NCBI GenBank assembly: GCA_902595855.1
Contig: CACJRY010000002.1
Span: 56,664 to 120,663 of the forward strand
Direction: 5' to 3'
Source: an uncultured Alphaproteobacteria bacterium
Lineage (GTDB): Bacteria; Pseudomonadota; Alphaproteobacteria; HIMB59; GCA-002718135
Length of the DNA: 64,000 nt
Of the stretch, positions 47,856 through 56,842 are shown in pieces. The first letter of the stretch is position 1; every line of letters begins with the position of its first letter. Position numbers and translations under genes: made by a program. The notes beneath the pieces are model-generated. The model was not told the origin of the DNA. It did no database searches and saw only the letters and a list, made by a program, of their open reading frames with translations.

Positions 47856-48301
47856 TTTTTTTTAAAACTAGAAAATTTTATTACATTTGAATTATTATCC
47901 TGATTTGTATTTTTTTTCGCAACTTTCTTTTTCTTTTTTTCTATCTTTTTATTTGTGCTATTAAATTGATAATTTAATCCGAAATCAGATGAAGGATCAG
48001 CAAAAGAAATAACAGAGTTGAAAGAAACTTTTAAATCAGCTTTCTTATTGTTAAAAGAAAGTCCAATATTAAAAAAACTTTTGTGAACCGATAAATGATA
48101 ATATTCATGCTGAACAACAATGGTCATTTCATCAGGGTATTTTACTAAAAGCCAGTCTGGGACTATAGTATTAAAGCTATCTGTTTTAAAAGTTACGTAT
48201 AAATGATTACTTCCATTCAATCCATTTTTTTCAATGTTTTTTAAAACTTCTATAAAAACATTTAATAAATTTTTGTTTAAAATTTTTTGATAGTCAATCA
48301 T
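47852..48301 (-). CDS. sspB: ClpXP adaptor SspB (alphaproteobacterial type)
   Basis: HLYVTFKT, YPDEMTIVVQH, FADPS, C-terminal ClpX-binding-like VIKFSSFKKN. Confidence 0.88.
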   Translation of the reverse strand: MIDYQKILNKNLLNVFIEVLKNIEKNGLNGSNHLYVTFKTDSFNTIVPDWLLVKYPDEMTIVVQHEYYHLSVHKSFFNIGLSFNNKKADLKVSFNSVISFADPSSDFGLNYQFNSTNKKIEKKKKKVAKKNTNQDNNSNVIKFSSFKKN

Positions 48302-48407
48302 TTTAACAACTTATTATTCTAAAATATATCAATTATCATTAAATATTTATTCAATATATATATTTATAGTTTAAAGATATTAACTTTAATAAACAAAATT
48401 ATTTCTA

Positions 48408-50852
48408 ATGACAAATAACTTACCAAGTTCTTGTAAAGTTGTAGTGATAGGTGGAGGTGTTGCAGGTTGTTCAACTGCATACCATTTGGCAAAATTTGGA
48501 TGGAAAGATACGGTTTTACTTGAAAGAGATGTTCTTACCTCAGGAACAACTTGGCATGCAGCTGGATTGATAGGTCAACTAGGTTCAAGTGCAACAATTA
48601 CAAAACTTAGAAACTATTCATTAAACTTATACAAACAATTAGAAAAAGAGACGGAATTATCAACCGGTTTAAAACAAAATGGATCATTAACAGTTGCAAC
48701 AACATCAGATAGACTTGAAGAACTAAAAAGACAGGTAACATTTGCTCAAAGATTTGAAATTGAAGCAAAAGAAGTCAGCAAAGATGAAATTAAAGAAATT
48801 TATCCTTTAATTAATATTGATGATCTTGTTGGAGGGGTCTTTATACCAAAAGATGGTCAAGCTGACCCTATAGGAGTAGCAAATGTTCTAGCAAAGGCTG
48901 CTAAACAAAATGGAGCAAAAATAATTGAAAAGTGCCCTGTTAAAAAGATTTTAGTAAAAAATAATAAAATTTATGGTGTTGAAACTTCTTTTGGAAAAAT
49001 TGAATGTGAGTACGTTGTTCTAGCAACAGGCATGTGGTCAAGACAAATTGCAGAAGAAATCAATGTTAGCATCCCATTGTACCCAGATGAACATTTTTAT
49101 GTTTTAAGTGAGCCTATAGAAGAAATAGACAGATCTCTCCCAGTACTTAGAGATTATAATAATTGTTTGTATTTAAAAGAGGATGCTGGAAAATTGTTAG
49201 TAGGAGTTTTTGAACCAAATGCAAAACCTGCATTTACAAATAATCATAGAGTGCCTGAAGATTTTTCATTTGGTGAGTTACCTGAAGACTTTGATCACTT
49301 TGAGCCTTATTTAATCAATGCAATGAAACGTATACCTAGCCTTGAAAAATCAGGTATAAGAAAGTTTTTTAATGGCCCAGAATCATTTACACCGGATACT
49401 AATTATTTATTAGGGGAAACTCCTGAAGTTAAGAATTTGTATATGTGTGGAGGTTTTAATAGTATTGGAATTGTAAGTTCAGGAGGTGCAGGTAAAGTCA
49501 CCGCTGAATGGATGATGAATGGTGAAATTTATGAAGATATTTTTTCATTAGATATTTCTAGATTTGAAAAGTTTCACTCAGAAATAAATTTTATTACTGA
49601 GAGAGTAACTGAGTCTCTTGGAAATTTGTATGCAATGCACTGGCCATTCAAACAACATACAACTTCAAGAAACCAAAAACTAATGCCATATCATAATAAT
49701 TTGTTAGAAAGAGGGGCTTGCTTTGGTCAGGCTGCAGCATATGAAAGACCAATGTGGTATGCAACAAATGGTAATGAAGCTAAATATGAATACAGTTACG
49801 GGCATCAAAATTGGTATAAATCTGCTGAATATGAAACTCATAATGCTAGAAAAAATGTAGCTCTTTTTGAACTTTCACCATTCGCAAAGTTCGAAATTTT
49901 AGGTGAAAATGCTCATAACTCTCTTCAAATTCTTTGTGCTAACAATATTAAAAACAAACCTGGTTCAATTACTTACACCCAAATGCTGAATTCAAAGGGA
50001 GGTATCGTTTCTGATTTGACTATTACTTGTGTTGAAAAAAATAAGTTTAGAATTGTTACAGGCTCAAGTTCTCGTACGCACGATAAAAAACATATCTTAA
50101 AATATTTAGATTCATCAGTAAATTTAAAAGATATAACAGATGATTATGCATGTTTTGGTATTTTTGGTCCAAAAAGCAGAGAATTTTTAACTGAAATTTT
50201 TGGTGAGTATTTTTCTAAGGATGATTTTAAATTTAGCACAGGTAAAATTATTAAACTAGATAACATCATTCTTTGGTTTCAGAGAATTTCATATGTTGGT
50301 GAACTTGGTTGGGAAATTTATATTCCAATTGAAAAATCAAAACAGATCTACGAAGCAATAATTAATAAAGAAAAAAAATTTAATCTAGTTCATGCTGGTG
50401 CTCATGCCATGGATATTATGAGAATGGAAAAAGGTTATTTACATTGGGGACATGATATCTCACCAGCAGAAAATCCTTTCGAAGCAGGTTTAGATTTTGC
50501 TATTAAATTAAATAAACAAGAAAATTTTATTGGAAAGAATTTTTTAGTTAAAAATAATAATATAAAAAAAAAGAAATTTATAATGCTTGTCTTAGATAAT
50601 TCTTCTCCAGGCAATCCATTACTATTACATGATGAACCAATTTATTATGAGGGAAATATAGTTGGTGAAACAACATCTGGTAATTATTCATTTGTATATA
50701 ATAAAAATATATCATTCGGGTACATTGATAATGATATTGATTTTAATTATAACAGTTCAGTTTTTCAAATAGAAGTTGCCAAAAAGAAGTATGATGCATA
50801 TGCTATACAAAATTCGCTACACGATCCTTTAAATAATTTTATGAATATTTAA
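48408..50852 (+). CDS. GcvT-family FAD-dependent dehydrogenase (sarcosine/dimethylglycine dehydrogenase-like)
   Basis: VVIGGGVAG, SGTTWHAAG (covalent-FAD His motif), GPESFTPD, C-terminal aminomethyltransferase domain SYVGELGWE and RMEKGY; substrate not determinable. Confidence 0.9.
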   Translation: MTNNLPSSCKVVVIGGGVAGCSTAYHLAKFGWKDTVLLERDVLTSGTTWHAAGLIGQLGSSATITKLRNYSLNLYKQLEKETELSTGLKQNGSLTVATTSDRLEELKRQVTFAQRFEIEAKEVSKDEIKEIYPLINIDDLVGGVFIPKDGQADPIGVANVLAKAAKQNGAKIIEKCPVKKILVKNNKIYGVETSFGKIECEYVVLATGMWSRQIAEEINVSIPLYPDEHFYVLSEPIEEIDRSLPVLRDYNNCLYLKEDAGKLLVGVFEPNAKPAFTNNHRVPEDFSFGELPEDFDHFEPYLINAMKRIPSLEKSGIRKFFNGPESFTPDTNYLLGETPEVKNLYMCGGFNSIGIVSSGGAGKVTAEWMMNGEIYEDIFSLDISRFEKFHSEINFITERVTESLGNLYAMHWPFKQHTTSRNQKLMPYHNNLLERGACFGQAAAYERPMWYATNGNEAKYEYSYGHQNWYKSAEYETHNARKNVALFELSPFAKFEILGENAHNSLQILCANNIKNKPGSITYTQMLNSKGGIVSDLTITCVEKNKFRIVTGSSSRTHDKKHILKYLDSSVNLKDITDDYACFGIFGPKSREFLTEIFGEYFSKDDFKFSTGKIIKLDNIILWFQRISYVGELGWEIYIPIEKSKQIYEAIINKEKKFNLVHAGAHAMDIMRMEKGYLHWGHDISPAENPFEAGLDFAIKLNKQENFIGKNFLVKNNNIKKKKFIMLVLDNSSPGNPLLLHDEPIYYEGNIVGETTSGNYSFVYNKNISFGYIDNDIDFNYNSSVFQIEVAKKKYDAYAIQNSLHDPLNNFMNI

Positions 50853-50871
50853 TTAAATAAAAGAACTTCAT

Positions 50872-51306
50872 TTATTTTAAATCATTAACGTAATCAGTGC
50901 ATACACCATAACAAAAGGGCATTTCGTCTTTAGAAATTCTATTTTCAATTACTAAAATAGATTTATCAAAAACTTGCTTATTAGGATATGTCCAAATAAA
51001 ACCTCTTGATGTAAGAGTTACATCATCATTTTGGTGAAAAAAACAATGAATATCATTTTGTTTAATTAAAAAGTTCAAAGTTTCAATATTTTTAGCATGA
51101 CACCAGATTCTCTTATTTTTTAACCATTCGATATCATTGATTTTATATTGAGGCAAATCATGACCAAGCCATAAATATTCATCATATAAAAAAAGATCAA
51201 TTTCAATATCAAAGTTTTCATTTAAAGCTTCATTTAGGTAATCAGGATGGTTTTCATATTTTTTTTTGCGACCATTTAAATTACCTCTATGTGAAATAAG
51301 TATCAT
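50872..51306 (-). CDS. Short glycerophosphodiester-phosphodiesterase-like protein
   Basis: ISHRG...EN...DIEID...LGHD...WCHAKN...GVCTDY GDPD-type motifs in only 144 aa. Confidence 0.65.
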   Translation of the reverse strand: MILISHRGNLNGRKKKYENHPDYLNEALNENFDIEIDLFLYDEYLWLGHDLPQYKINDIEWLKNKRIWCHAKNIETLNFLIKQNDIHCFFHQNDDVTLTSRGFIWTYPNKQVFDKSILVIENRISKDEMPFCYGVCTDYVNDLK

Positions 51307-51309
51307 ATT

Positions 51310-52104
51310 CTATTTAATTAAATTTATGTAAATATCTTTATATTTATATTTGGAAAAAATTTTGTTTTCTTTAAATATAGTTTTTTTAAAAAAAATATAT
51401 TTATAGATAATTTTAAATAGTTCTAATGTTTGATTAAAAAGTCTAACATTTGAAATTTGATCAAATTCATACCAATTTATTGCAAAAAATTTTATTTTTA
51501 TTTTTTTGTAACCAGCATATAATATCATATAATAATCAAATGTTAATCTGTCTGGGAAGTTATAATAATTAATTTTTTTAATAAAATTTACTGAATATAA
51601 ATCAAGTCCTGACCCAATATCTGTTATCTTTTTTTTTGTTAAAACTGAAAAAATAATATTGAAAAAAATATTTCCAAAAGTTTTTATTTTTGAATAGCCA
51701 TGAAGTTTAGATGACTTTTCAAATCTTGAACCTCTCACCCATTCAAATTTTTTATATTCTGAATATTTCAAAATATTATTTAAATCATTAATATCAGCTT
51801 GATCATCCCCATGAATAATAATTATGTAATCAAAGTTATTTTGTATAGCATAATCAAATATTACTTTGTGTGTTCCTCCAAGATTAACATTTTCAATGTT
51901 TTGCATAATTTTAGAATTAATTTTAATTTCCTTTAAGTATGTTTTACTGACCTTTAAGGTATTATCTTTACTTATGTTATCTATGATTATAGCTTCATTA
52001 ATCATTTCAATATATTTAAATTTCTTTATTTTTTCTAAAACTCTTTTAATTTGTTTTTCACAATTATATACTGGGATGGCTAATAAAAGTTTATTTTGAT
52101 TCAT
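51310..52104 (-). CDS. Family 2 glycosyltransferase (DPM1/GtrB-like)
   Basis: IPVYNCE, IIDNISKD, HGDDQAD, RGSRF and ITDIGSG resemble polyprenol-phosphate sugar synthases. Confidence 0.85.
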   Translation of the reverse strand: MNQNKLLLAIPVYNCEKQIKRVLEKIKKFKYIEMINEAIIIDNISKDNTLKVSKTYLKEIKINSKIMQNIENVNLGGTHKVIFDYAIQNNFDYIIIIHGDDQADINDLNNILKYSEYKKFEWVRGSRFEKSSKLHGYSKIKTFGNIFFNIIFSVLTKKKITDIGSGLDLYSVNFIKKINYYNFPDRLTFDYYMILYAGYKKIKIKFFAINWYEFDQISNVRLFNQTLELFKIIYKYIFFKKTIFKENKIFSKYKYKDIYINLIK

Positions 52105-52148
52105 TTTTAATTATAAGTAAAAATTGTATAAAGGTATATTTGTAAATC

Positions 52149-53246
52149 ATGTTTAAAGAAAGAGCTAATTTTTTAAAAGGTTACTTCTATCATATTAACT
52201 ATTTTTTTTTCTTTATTTTTATATCTTTTTTTATAATTGAAATACTAGTAATAAAAAATTCATTAAATTCAGAAATTGTATATCATGAGAATTTTGCAAA
52301 AAATTTATTAATTTTACACGACCATGAATTTAGCGAAGACTCTAAAAAAACTAATAGAGATAAAAAATATATGACATCAGCATTAGGTAAAGGCATTGAA
52401 AAAGGCAGCCTTGAAGTAAGAAAATTGAACCGATGGGTAGGTCTTTATATAGATTATAATTTATTTAAATTTGTTTATGATAAATTTAACTCTAAGTTAT
52501 TATTAATTTTTTATTCTCTATACTTTTCTATATTTGTTACGATGACTCTATATTTTGTTAATCAAACGCATATTTTAATTAATAAGAAAAATATCACTCA
52601 ATCTAACCTTGAGTATACTAATTTTTATTTAATAATGATAATTTTTGCATTAATATTTTTTTTGAGCATCTATCAATTTTATTCACCTGAAATAAGTTTT
52701 TCTATCAAAGAAACCTTTTTTATTTCAGCAGGTTTGTTTTTCACTTTAAAAAAAAATAAGTTATTTTTTATTTTAATTATATTGGTTGCGCCTTTAATAA
52801 GGGAAAGTGGTCTGATTATTTCATTATTTTGGTTTATATTTTATAGAAAAGATAAGATTTCATATTTCTTTCCAATTTTATCGCTGATACCTTTTATTGC
52901 TTTTAACTATGATATAATCAATTATTTCTTCAAGTACGGATATTTAATTTCTTTTGAACCTCAGGCCGGTCAAATAACATGGTGGGATAATAAAACAATT
53001 AACTTAAATTTAATAAGAATTATATTCATAAATTATGGTATTTACTTATTTGCTTTAATTATATTAATAAATTTAATAAAAGAGACAAAAAGATTAAAAT
53101 TAATTTTATTAAGTTTCTTTTATTTGATAATATTGTTGATGTTTACAACTACTAGCCACTATTCTTCCAAATTTTTAATAGCTCCTTTTATGACTTTACT
53201 CATAGTGGATGTTTTAAGATCAAAAAATTACTTAAAAAATGATTAA
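52149..53246 (+). CDS. Multi-pass membrane protein, possibly a GT-C-type transferase or polymerase
   Basis: Roughly 9-10 hydrophobic segments, a soluble loop after TM1, an internal IRES motif; sits within the glycan-related cluster. Confidence 0.55.
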   Translation: MFKERANFLKGYFYHINYFFFFIFISFFIIEILVIKNSLNSEIVYHENFAKNLLILHDHEFSEDSKKTNRDKKYMTSALGKGIEKGSLEVRKLNRWVGLYIDYNLFKFVYDKFNSKLLLIFYSLYFSIFVTMTLYFVNQTHILINKKNITQSNLEYTNFYLIMIIFALIFFLSIYQFYSPEISFSIKETFFISAGLFFTLKKNKLFFILIILVAPLIRESGLIISLFWFIFYRKDKISYFFPILSLIPFIAFNYDIINYFFKYGYLISFEPQAGQITWWDNKTINLNLIRIIFINYGIYLFALIILINLIKETKRLKLILLSFFYLIILLMFTTTSHYSSKFLIAPFMTLLIVDVLRSKNYLKND

Positions 53247-54627
53247 AGCAATAATATTTGATTTAGATGGGGTATTAATTGACTCAAAAGAAGTTCATTA
53301 TATAGCGTTAAATCAAGCATTAAAGTTAGTAGATAATAAATATAAAATTTCTATGGAAGATCATTTAAATATCTTTGATGGCTTGCCAACCCTTGCAAAA
53401 ATAAACTACTTAATTGATAAAAGAAATTTCCCAAAATCAAAAAAAAATTTTGTTTATAATGAAAAACAAAAAATTACTAACAAACTATTAGTTAAAGATG
53501 TAAGTGTAGAGGCTGAATTAAAAAAAATTTTAAATAAACTTTCTAAAAAATTTAAATTAGCTTTAGCTACGAATTGTATAAGAAAAACTATGATTCAAGT
53601 TTTAAAAAAAAATGACATCAAGAAATATTTTCAATTTACAATTTGCAATGAAGATGTAAATAATCCAAAACCTCACTCTGAAATTTATTTAAAATGTATA
53701 CTAAATTTAGGTTATAATCCTGATGAAGTTTTAATTCTTGAAGACTCAAATATTGGAAGGACTTCGGCAATTAAATCTGGTGCCAATGTTTTACCAATAG
53801 AAGATTTTAGAAAAGATGTAAATTACAAAAATATAATTAACAAAATATCCTCAATTAACGAAGTTACAAAAAAAATTAAGTGGAAATCTGAAAAGTTAAA
53901 TATTCTAATACCTATGTCTGGAAAAGGATCAAGATTTATGGATAAAGGTTATATATTTCCAAAACCGTTAATTGAAGTAAATAAAAAACCAATGATTGAA
54001 GTTGTAATTGAAAATCTACAAATTGAAGCTAATTTTATTTTTATAGTTCTTAAAGAGCATATTGCGAAATACAAAATTGATTATTTTCTTAAAAGACTTA
54101 ATCCAAATTGTAAAATTGTTGTTTGTGATAACATAACTGAGGGTGCAGCATGCACGTCATTATTAGCTGAAAAATTGATTAATAATAGTAATCCTCTTAT
54201 AATAGCGAATTCAGATCAATATATTGAATGGGACTCTTCTAAAACTATGTATTCAATAGTTTCATCAAAAGTAGATGGGGCAATTTTAACATTTAAGTCT
54301 AATCATCCAAAATGGTCTTATGCATTAACTGATAAAGAAAATAATGTCGTTGAGGTTGCAGAAAAAAAACCTATTTCAGATAATGCAACAGTTGGAATAT
54401 ACTATTGGTCTAAAGGTTCTGATTACGTCAAATATGCAAAAAAAATGATAAAAAAAAATATTAGGGTAAATGGTGAATTTTATATATGTCCAGTTTATAA
54501 CCAAGCAATCATAGATAAGAAAAAAATAATTACTAAGGAAGTAAAAGAAATGTGGGGTATTGGAACTCCTGAAGATTTGGAATATTTTTTAATGAAAAAA
54601 GAACCAAAAATAAATAAAACATCTTAA
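53239..54627 (+). CDS. Fusion of a HAD phosphatase/mutase (N-term) and a sugar-phosphate nucleotidyltransferase (C-term)
   Basis: HAD motifs FDLDGVLID, PKP, ILEDS; nucleotidyltransferase motifs IPMSGKGSRF, PKPLI, NSDQ, NGEFY, GTPEDL. Confidence 0.85.
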   Translation: MIKAIIFDLDGVLIDSKEVHYIALNQALKLVDNKYKISMEDHLNIFDGLPTLAKINYLIDKRNFPKSKKNFVYNEKQKITNKLLVKDVSVEAELKKILNKLSKKFKLALATNCIRKTMIQVLKKNDIKKYFQFTICNEDVNNPKPHSEIYLKCILNLGYNPDEVLILEDSNIGRTSAIKSGANVLPIEDFRKDVNYKNIINKISSINEVTKKIKWKSEKLNILIPMSGKGSRFMDKGYIFPKPLIEVNKKPMIEVVIENLQIEANFIFIVLKEHIAKYKIDYFLKRLNPNCKIVVCDNITEGAACTSLLAEKLINNSNPLIIANSDQYIEWDSSKTMYSIVSSKVDGAILTFKSNHPKWSYALTDKENNVVEVAEKKPISDNATVGIYYWSKGSDYVKYAKKMIKKNIRVNGEFYICPVYNQAIIDKKKIITKEVKEMWGIGTPEDLEYFLMKKEPKINKTS

Positions 54628-54879
54628 GTGGAATTCATTCATCTTTGTATAGATTAATATGTATGAGTTATAATCAATTTAAAATGACTTTAAAATATTT
54701 TTAATTAACACATAATTTTCTCACTGTATTTTTTCACAACATTTTTTGTAAAACTTAAATTTTGATCAGTAATTTTGTAAAATACTAAATTTTAATTATG
54801 AAACGGCATATAAACAGCACTTCTAAAGGGCAATTTTTAAATATTCTTTTTAAAGCTTAAAAAAAACAAGAAGGTACTA

Positions 54880-54899
54880 GGGCGTTCTCTTGTCTGGTG
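54880..54899 (-). repeat. Degenerate copy of the tmRNA 3'-terminal segment (copy C)
   Basis: GGGCGTTCTCTTGTCTGGTG versus GGGCGTTCTGTTGCCCGGTG at 56848-56867: 17/20 identical, same orientation. Confidence 0.7.
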
Positions 54900-55020
54900 T
54901 GCCAACTTTGCTACTTGAGATATGAGGTTACAATCTTGAATAGCGTATCGAGAACTGAGATAAATTAAGTTAAATTTAATCTTAGAAACAAATTACTTGA
55001 TATTTAATAAAATTTTTATT

Positions 55021-55863
55021 TTATTTAGAATTATTTTCTAAATATAACCATGGTGTTTTTGAAATTCTTAGAGATCCACTTAAATATAACTTATCTATGT
55101 GATTAAAAGTTTCTTTATTTTTAATTTCATTTGGTAATTTGTAATTAATTGTTGCTGAATTAAAAATTGTTTCTATTGTATGGCTTGAATTAAAGTCTCT
55201 TTTTATTTTTTGCATTATTTCATCATTATGGACTTCGACCAATAAGTCATTATTGGATAACCATGGATTTTTTTTAATATCTATTATATTTTTTTCATCG
55301 CCTTCTATATCACAAACCAAAAGACTGTTTTTAATATTTTCAGTATATATCTCTAATTTACTAAAATTATCAAAAAAAATTACTTCTGAATTTATATTAT
55401 TGCTAATGATCAATTCTTTTATTTTTCTAAAATGTTTTGTATCAATATCTATTGCATAACCCTTAGAAAAATTACCAAATTTTAATAGCCCTAGAAGATA
55501 ATAACCATTAGCCACACCAAGATTTATTAAATTTTCATATTTTTTTTTTAAAAGTTTATTTTTTAATAAGAAGTGTAGTTCATTTTCAAACATACCTAGT
55601 ATTTGGCTAGGAACAAAATTTTCACTTTCTACTTTTAGTCCTTTAAAAGGTCCTGATAGAACACAATCTTTAAAATTTTGATTTGTGTTAATCAATAATT
55701 TTTTTTTTATTATTTTTAATAGAACAAGATTTGATAAATCATAAAACCAACTATAATCATATTTTTTTAAACCGATAAAACTAAGTATTTTTTGTTTTAT
55801 TAGATAATAAAACATTACCAAGAAAGTATATTTCATTATAATTCTAGATTTACTACCGAACAT
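55021..55863 (-). CDS. Putative SAM-dependent methyltransferase (FkbM-like)
   Basis: GPFKGL, GMFENEL, INLGVANGYY (motif I-like), YAIDID, VCDIEGDE, LLVEVH. Confidence 0.65.
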   Translation of the reverse strand: MFGSKSRIIMKYTFLVMFYYLIKQKILSFIGLKKYDYSWFYDLSNLVLLKIIKKKLLINTNQNFKDCVLSGPFKGLKVESENFVPSQILGMFENELHFLLKNKLLKKKYENLINLGVANGYYLLGLLKFGNFSKGYAIDIDTKHFRKIKELIISNNINSEVIFFDNFSKLEIYTENIKNSLLVCDIEGDEKNIIDIKKNPWLSNNDLLVEVHNDEIMQKIKRDFNSSHTIETIFNSATINYKLPNEIKNKETFNHIDKLYLSGSLRISKTPWLYLENNSK

Positions 55864-55958
55864 TTTTAAATTAAATCAATCATTTAAATTTGACTAATTC
55901 TTATAGATTATTTAGTAAATAAAAAGTTTATTTAAAAAATTTATTGTATGGTTTAATT

Positions 55959-56315
55959 ATGTTTTTAAAAATTATAATAAAAATCTCAGTCTTTTTATTT
56001 TTTATTAATCCTGCTGTAGCTTTTCATGATGTAGAAGTCTCTAATGAGGATATAGCGACTCTAGGAGGATTATGGGTTCAAATATTTGTTTATGAAGAAA
56101 ACTGTATAGATAATCAATATTACACTTTAATAAAAGAAAGATTACAAGAAAGTCCTAGATTTGAAAGATACTCATCAGAGTTAGATCATTTAACTGAAAG
56201 CCAAGAGTTGGCTTTGGAAAATGGTGCAGAAGGCGCGGCTTTAGTAATTGAATCAGGTGGAACTAGCTGTGATATTATTGCTGATGTCATTTGGGAATGG
56301 TTTGGTGAAAATTAG
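55959..56315 (+). CDS. Hypothetical secreted acidic protein
   Basis: Open frame with a signal-peptide-like N-terminus ending in AVA; two Cys. Start placed at ATG 55959 (track gives TTG at 55944). Confidence 0.65.
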   Translation: MFLKIIIKISVFLFFINPAVAFHDVEVSNEDIATLGGLWVQIFVYEENCIDNQYYTLIKERLQESPRFERYSSELDHLTESQELALENGAEGAALVIESGGTSCDIIADVIWEWFGEN

Positions 56316-56404
56316 AAAATCTTAATTTAATTAAGCATATTACGCACAAATTTAGAGCAAATTAAAAAAAACAAAAGAAATGAATCAAAATTTAACAGTT
56401 TAGT

Positions 56405-56426
56405 GGGGCGTTGTGTTGCCTTGTGC
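56405..56426 (-). repeat. Degenerate copy of the tmRNA 3'-terminal segment (copy B)
   Basis: GGGGCGTTGTGTTGCCTTGTGC versus GGGGCGTTCTGTTGCCCGGTGC at 56847-56868: 19/22 identical, same orientation. Confidence 0.8.
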
Positions 56427-56434
56427 TTTGACAT

Positions 56435-56839
56435 TTATTTTAGACTATCTATGTAAGATAAAAAATTATTAATTTTTACAAACTCACAATTTCCTATTGG
56501 AAACATTTCTCTAGTTGTAAATCCTCCCCCAGTCATCGTCCAGACATCAACTCTTAAAGAATTAAGTTCAATAGAATAAACTCTATCTCTAATGTTATTT
56601 TCACTTGAGAATATATTAATATAGGAGAGTTCTAAATCTACATCATAATAATATTCATTAATTGAAGTTATTTTGTTAAGATCTGTATTAATCACTTTTA
56701 CTTTATTAGATGAAATAAATTCAAATCCCGATAGTAAAGCAGGGCACAATAATTGATTATTTGAAAAGTCTTTTTTGGTAAAAGCTATAGACGGAAGTAA
56801 GCAAAAAAATAAAAATACTAAAATAAATAATTTTTTCAT
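56435..56839 (-). CDS. Hypothetical secreted protein
   Basis: MKKLFILVFLFFCLLPSIAF signal peptide; small mature domain with two Cys; starts directly after the tmRNA 3' end. Confidence 0.7.
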   Translation of the reverse strand: MKKLFILVFLFFCLLPSIAFTKKDFSNNQLLCPALLSGFEFISSNKVKVINTDLNKITSINEYYYDVDLELSYINIFSSENNIRDRVYSIELNSLRVDVWTMTGGGFTTREMFPIGNCEFVKINNFLSYIDSLK

Positions 56840-56842
56840 ATT

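Noticed and set aside
48302-48407. Possible glycine or other riboswitch upstream of the GcvT-family gene
   Set aside because: The gap is about 100 nt and almost entirely A/T, with no aptamer motifs.
44895-54822. Identical 12-mer TAAACAGCACTT at 44895 and 54811
   Set aside because: Some shared 12-mers are expected by chance in 64 kb of AT-rich DNA, and the flanks do not extend the match.
54628-55020. Possible integrase pseudogene or small RNA in the largest non-coding gap
   Set aside because: The frames I translated gave no recognisable protein remnant, and no stable structure was seen apart from the ssrA-end copy.
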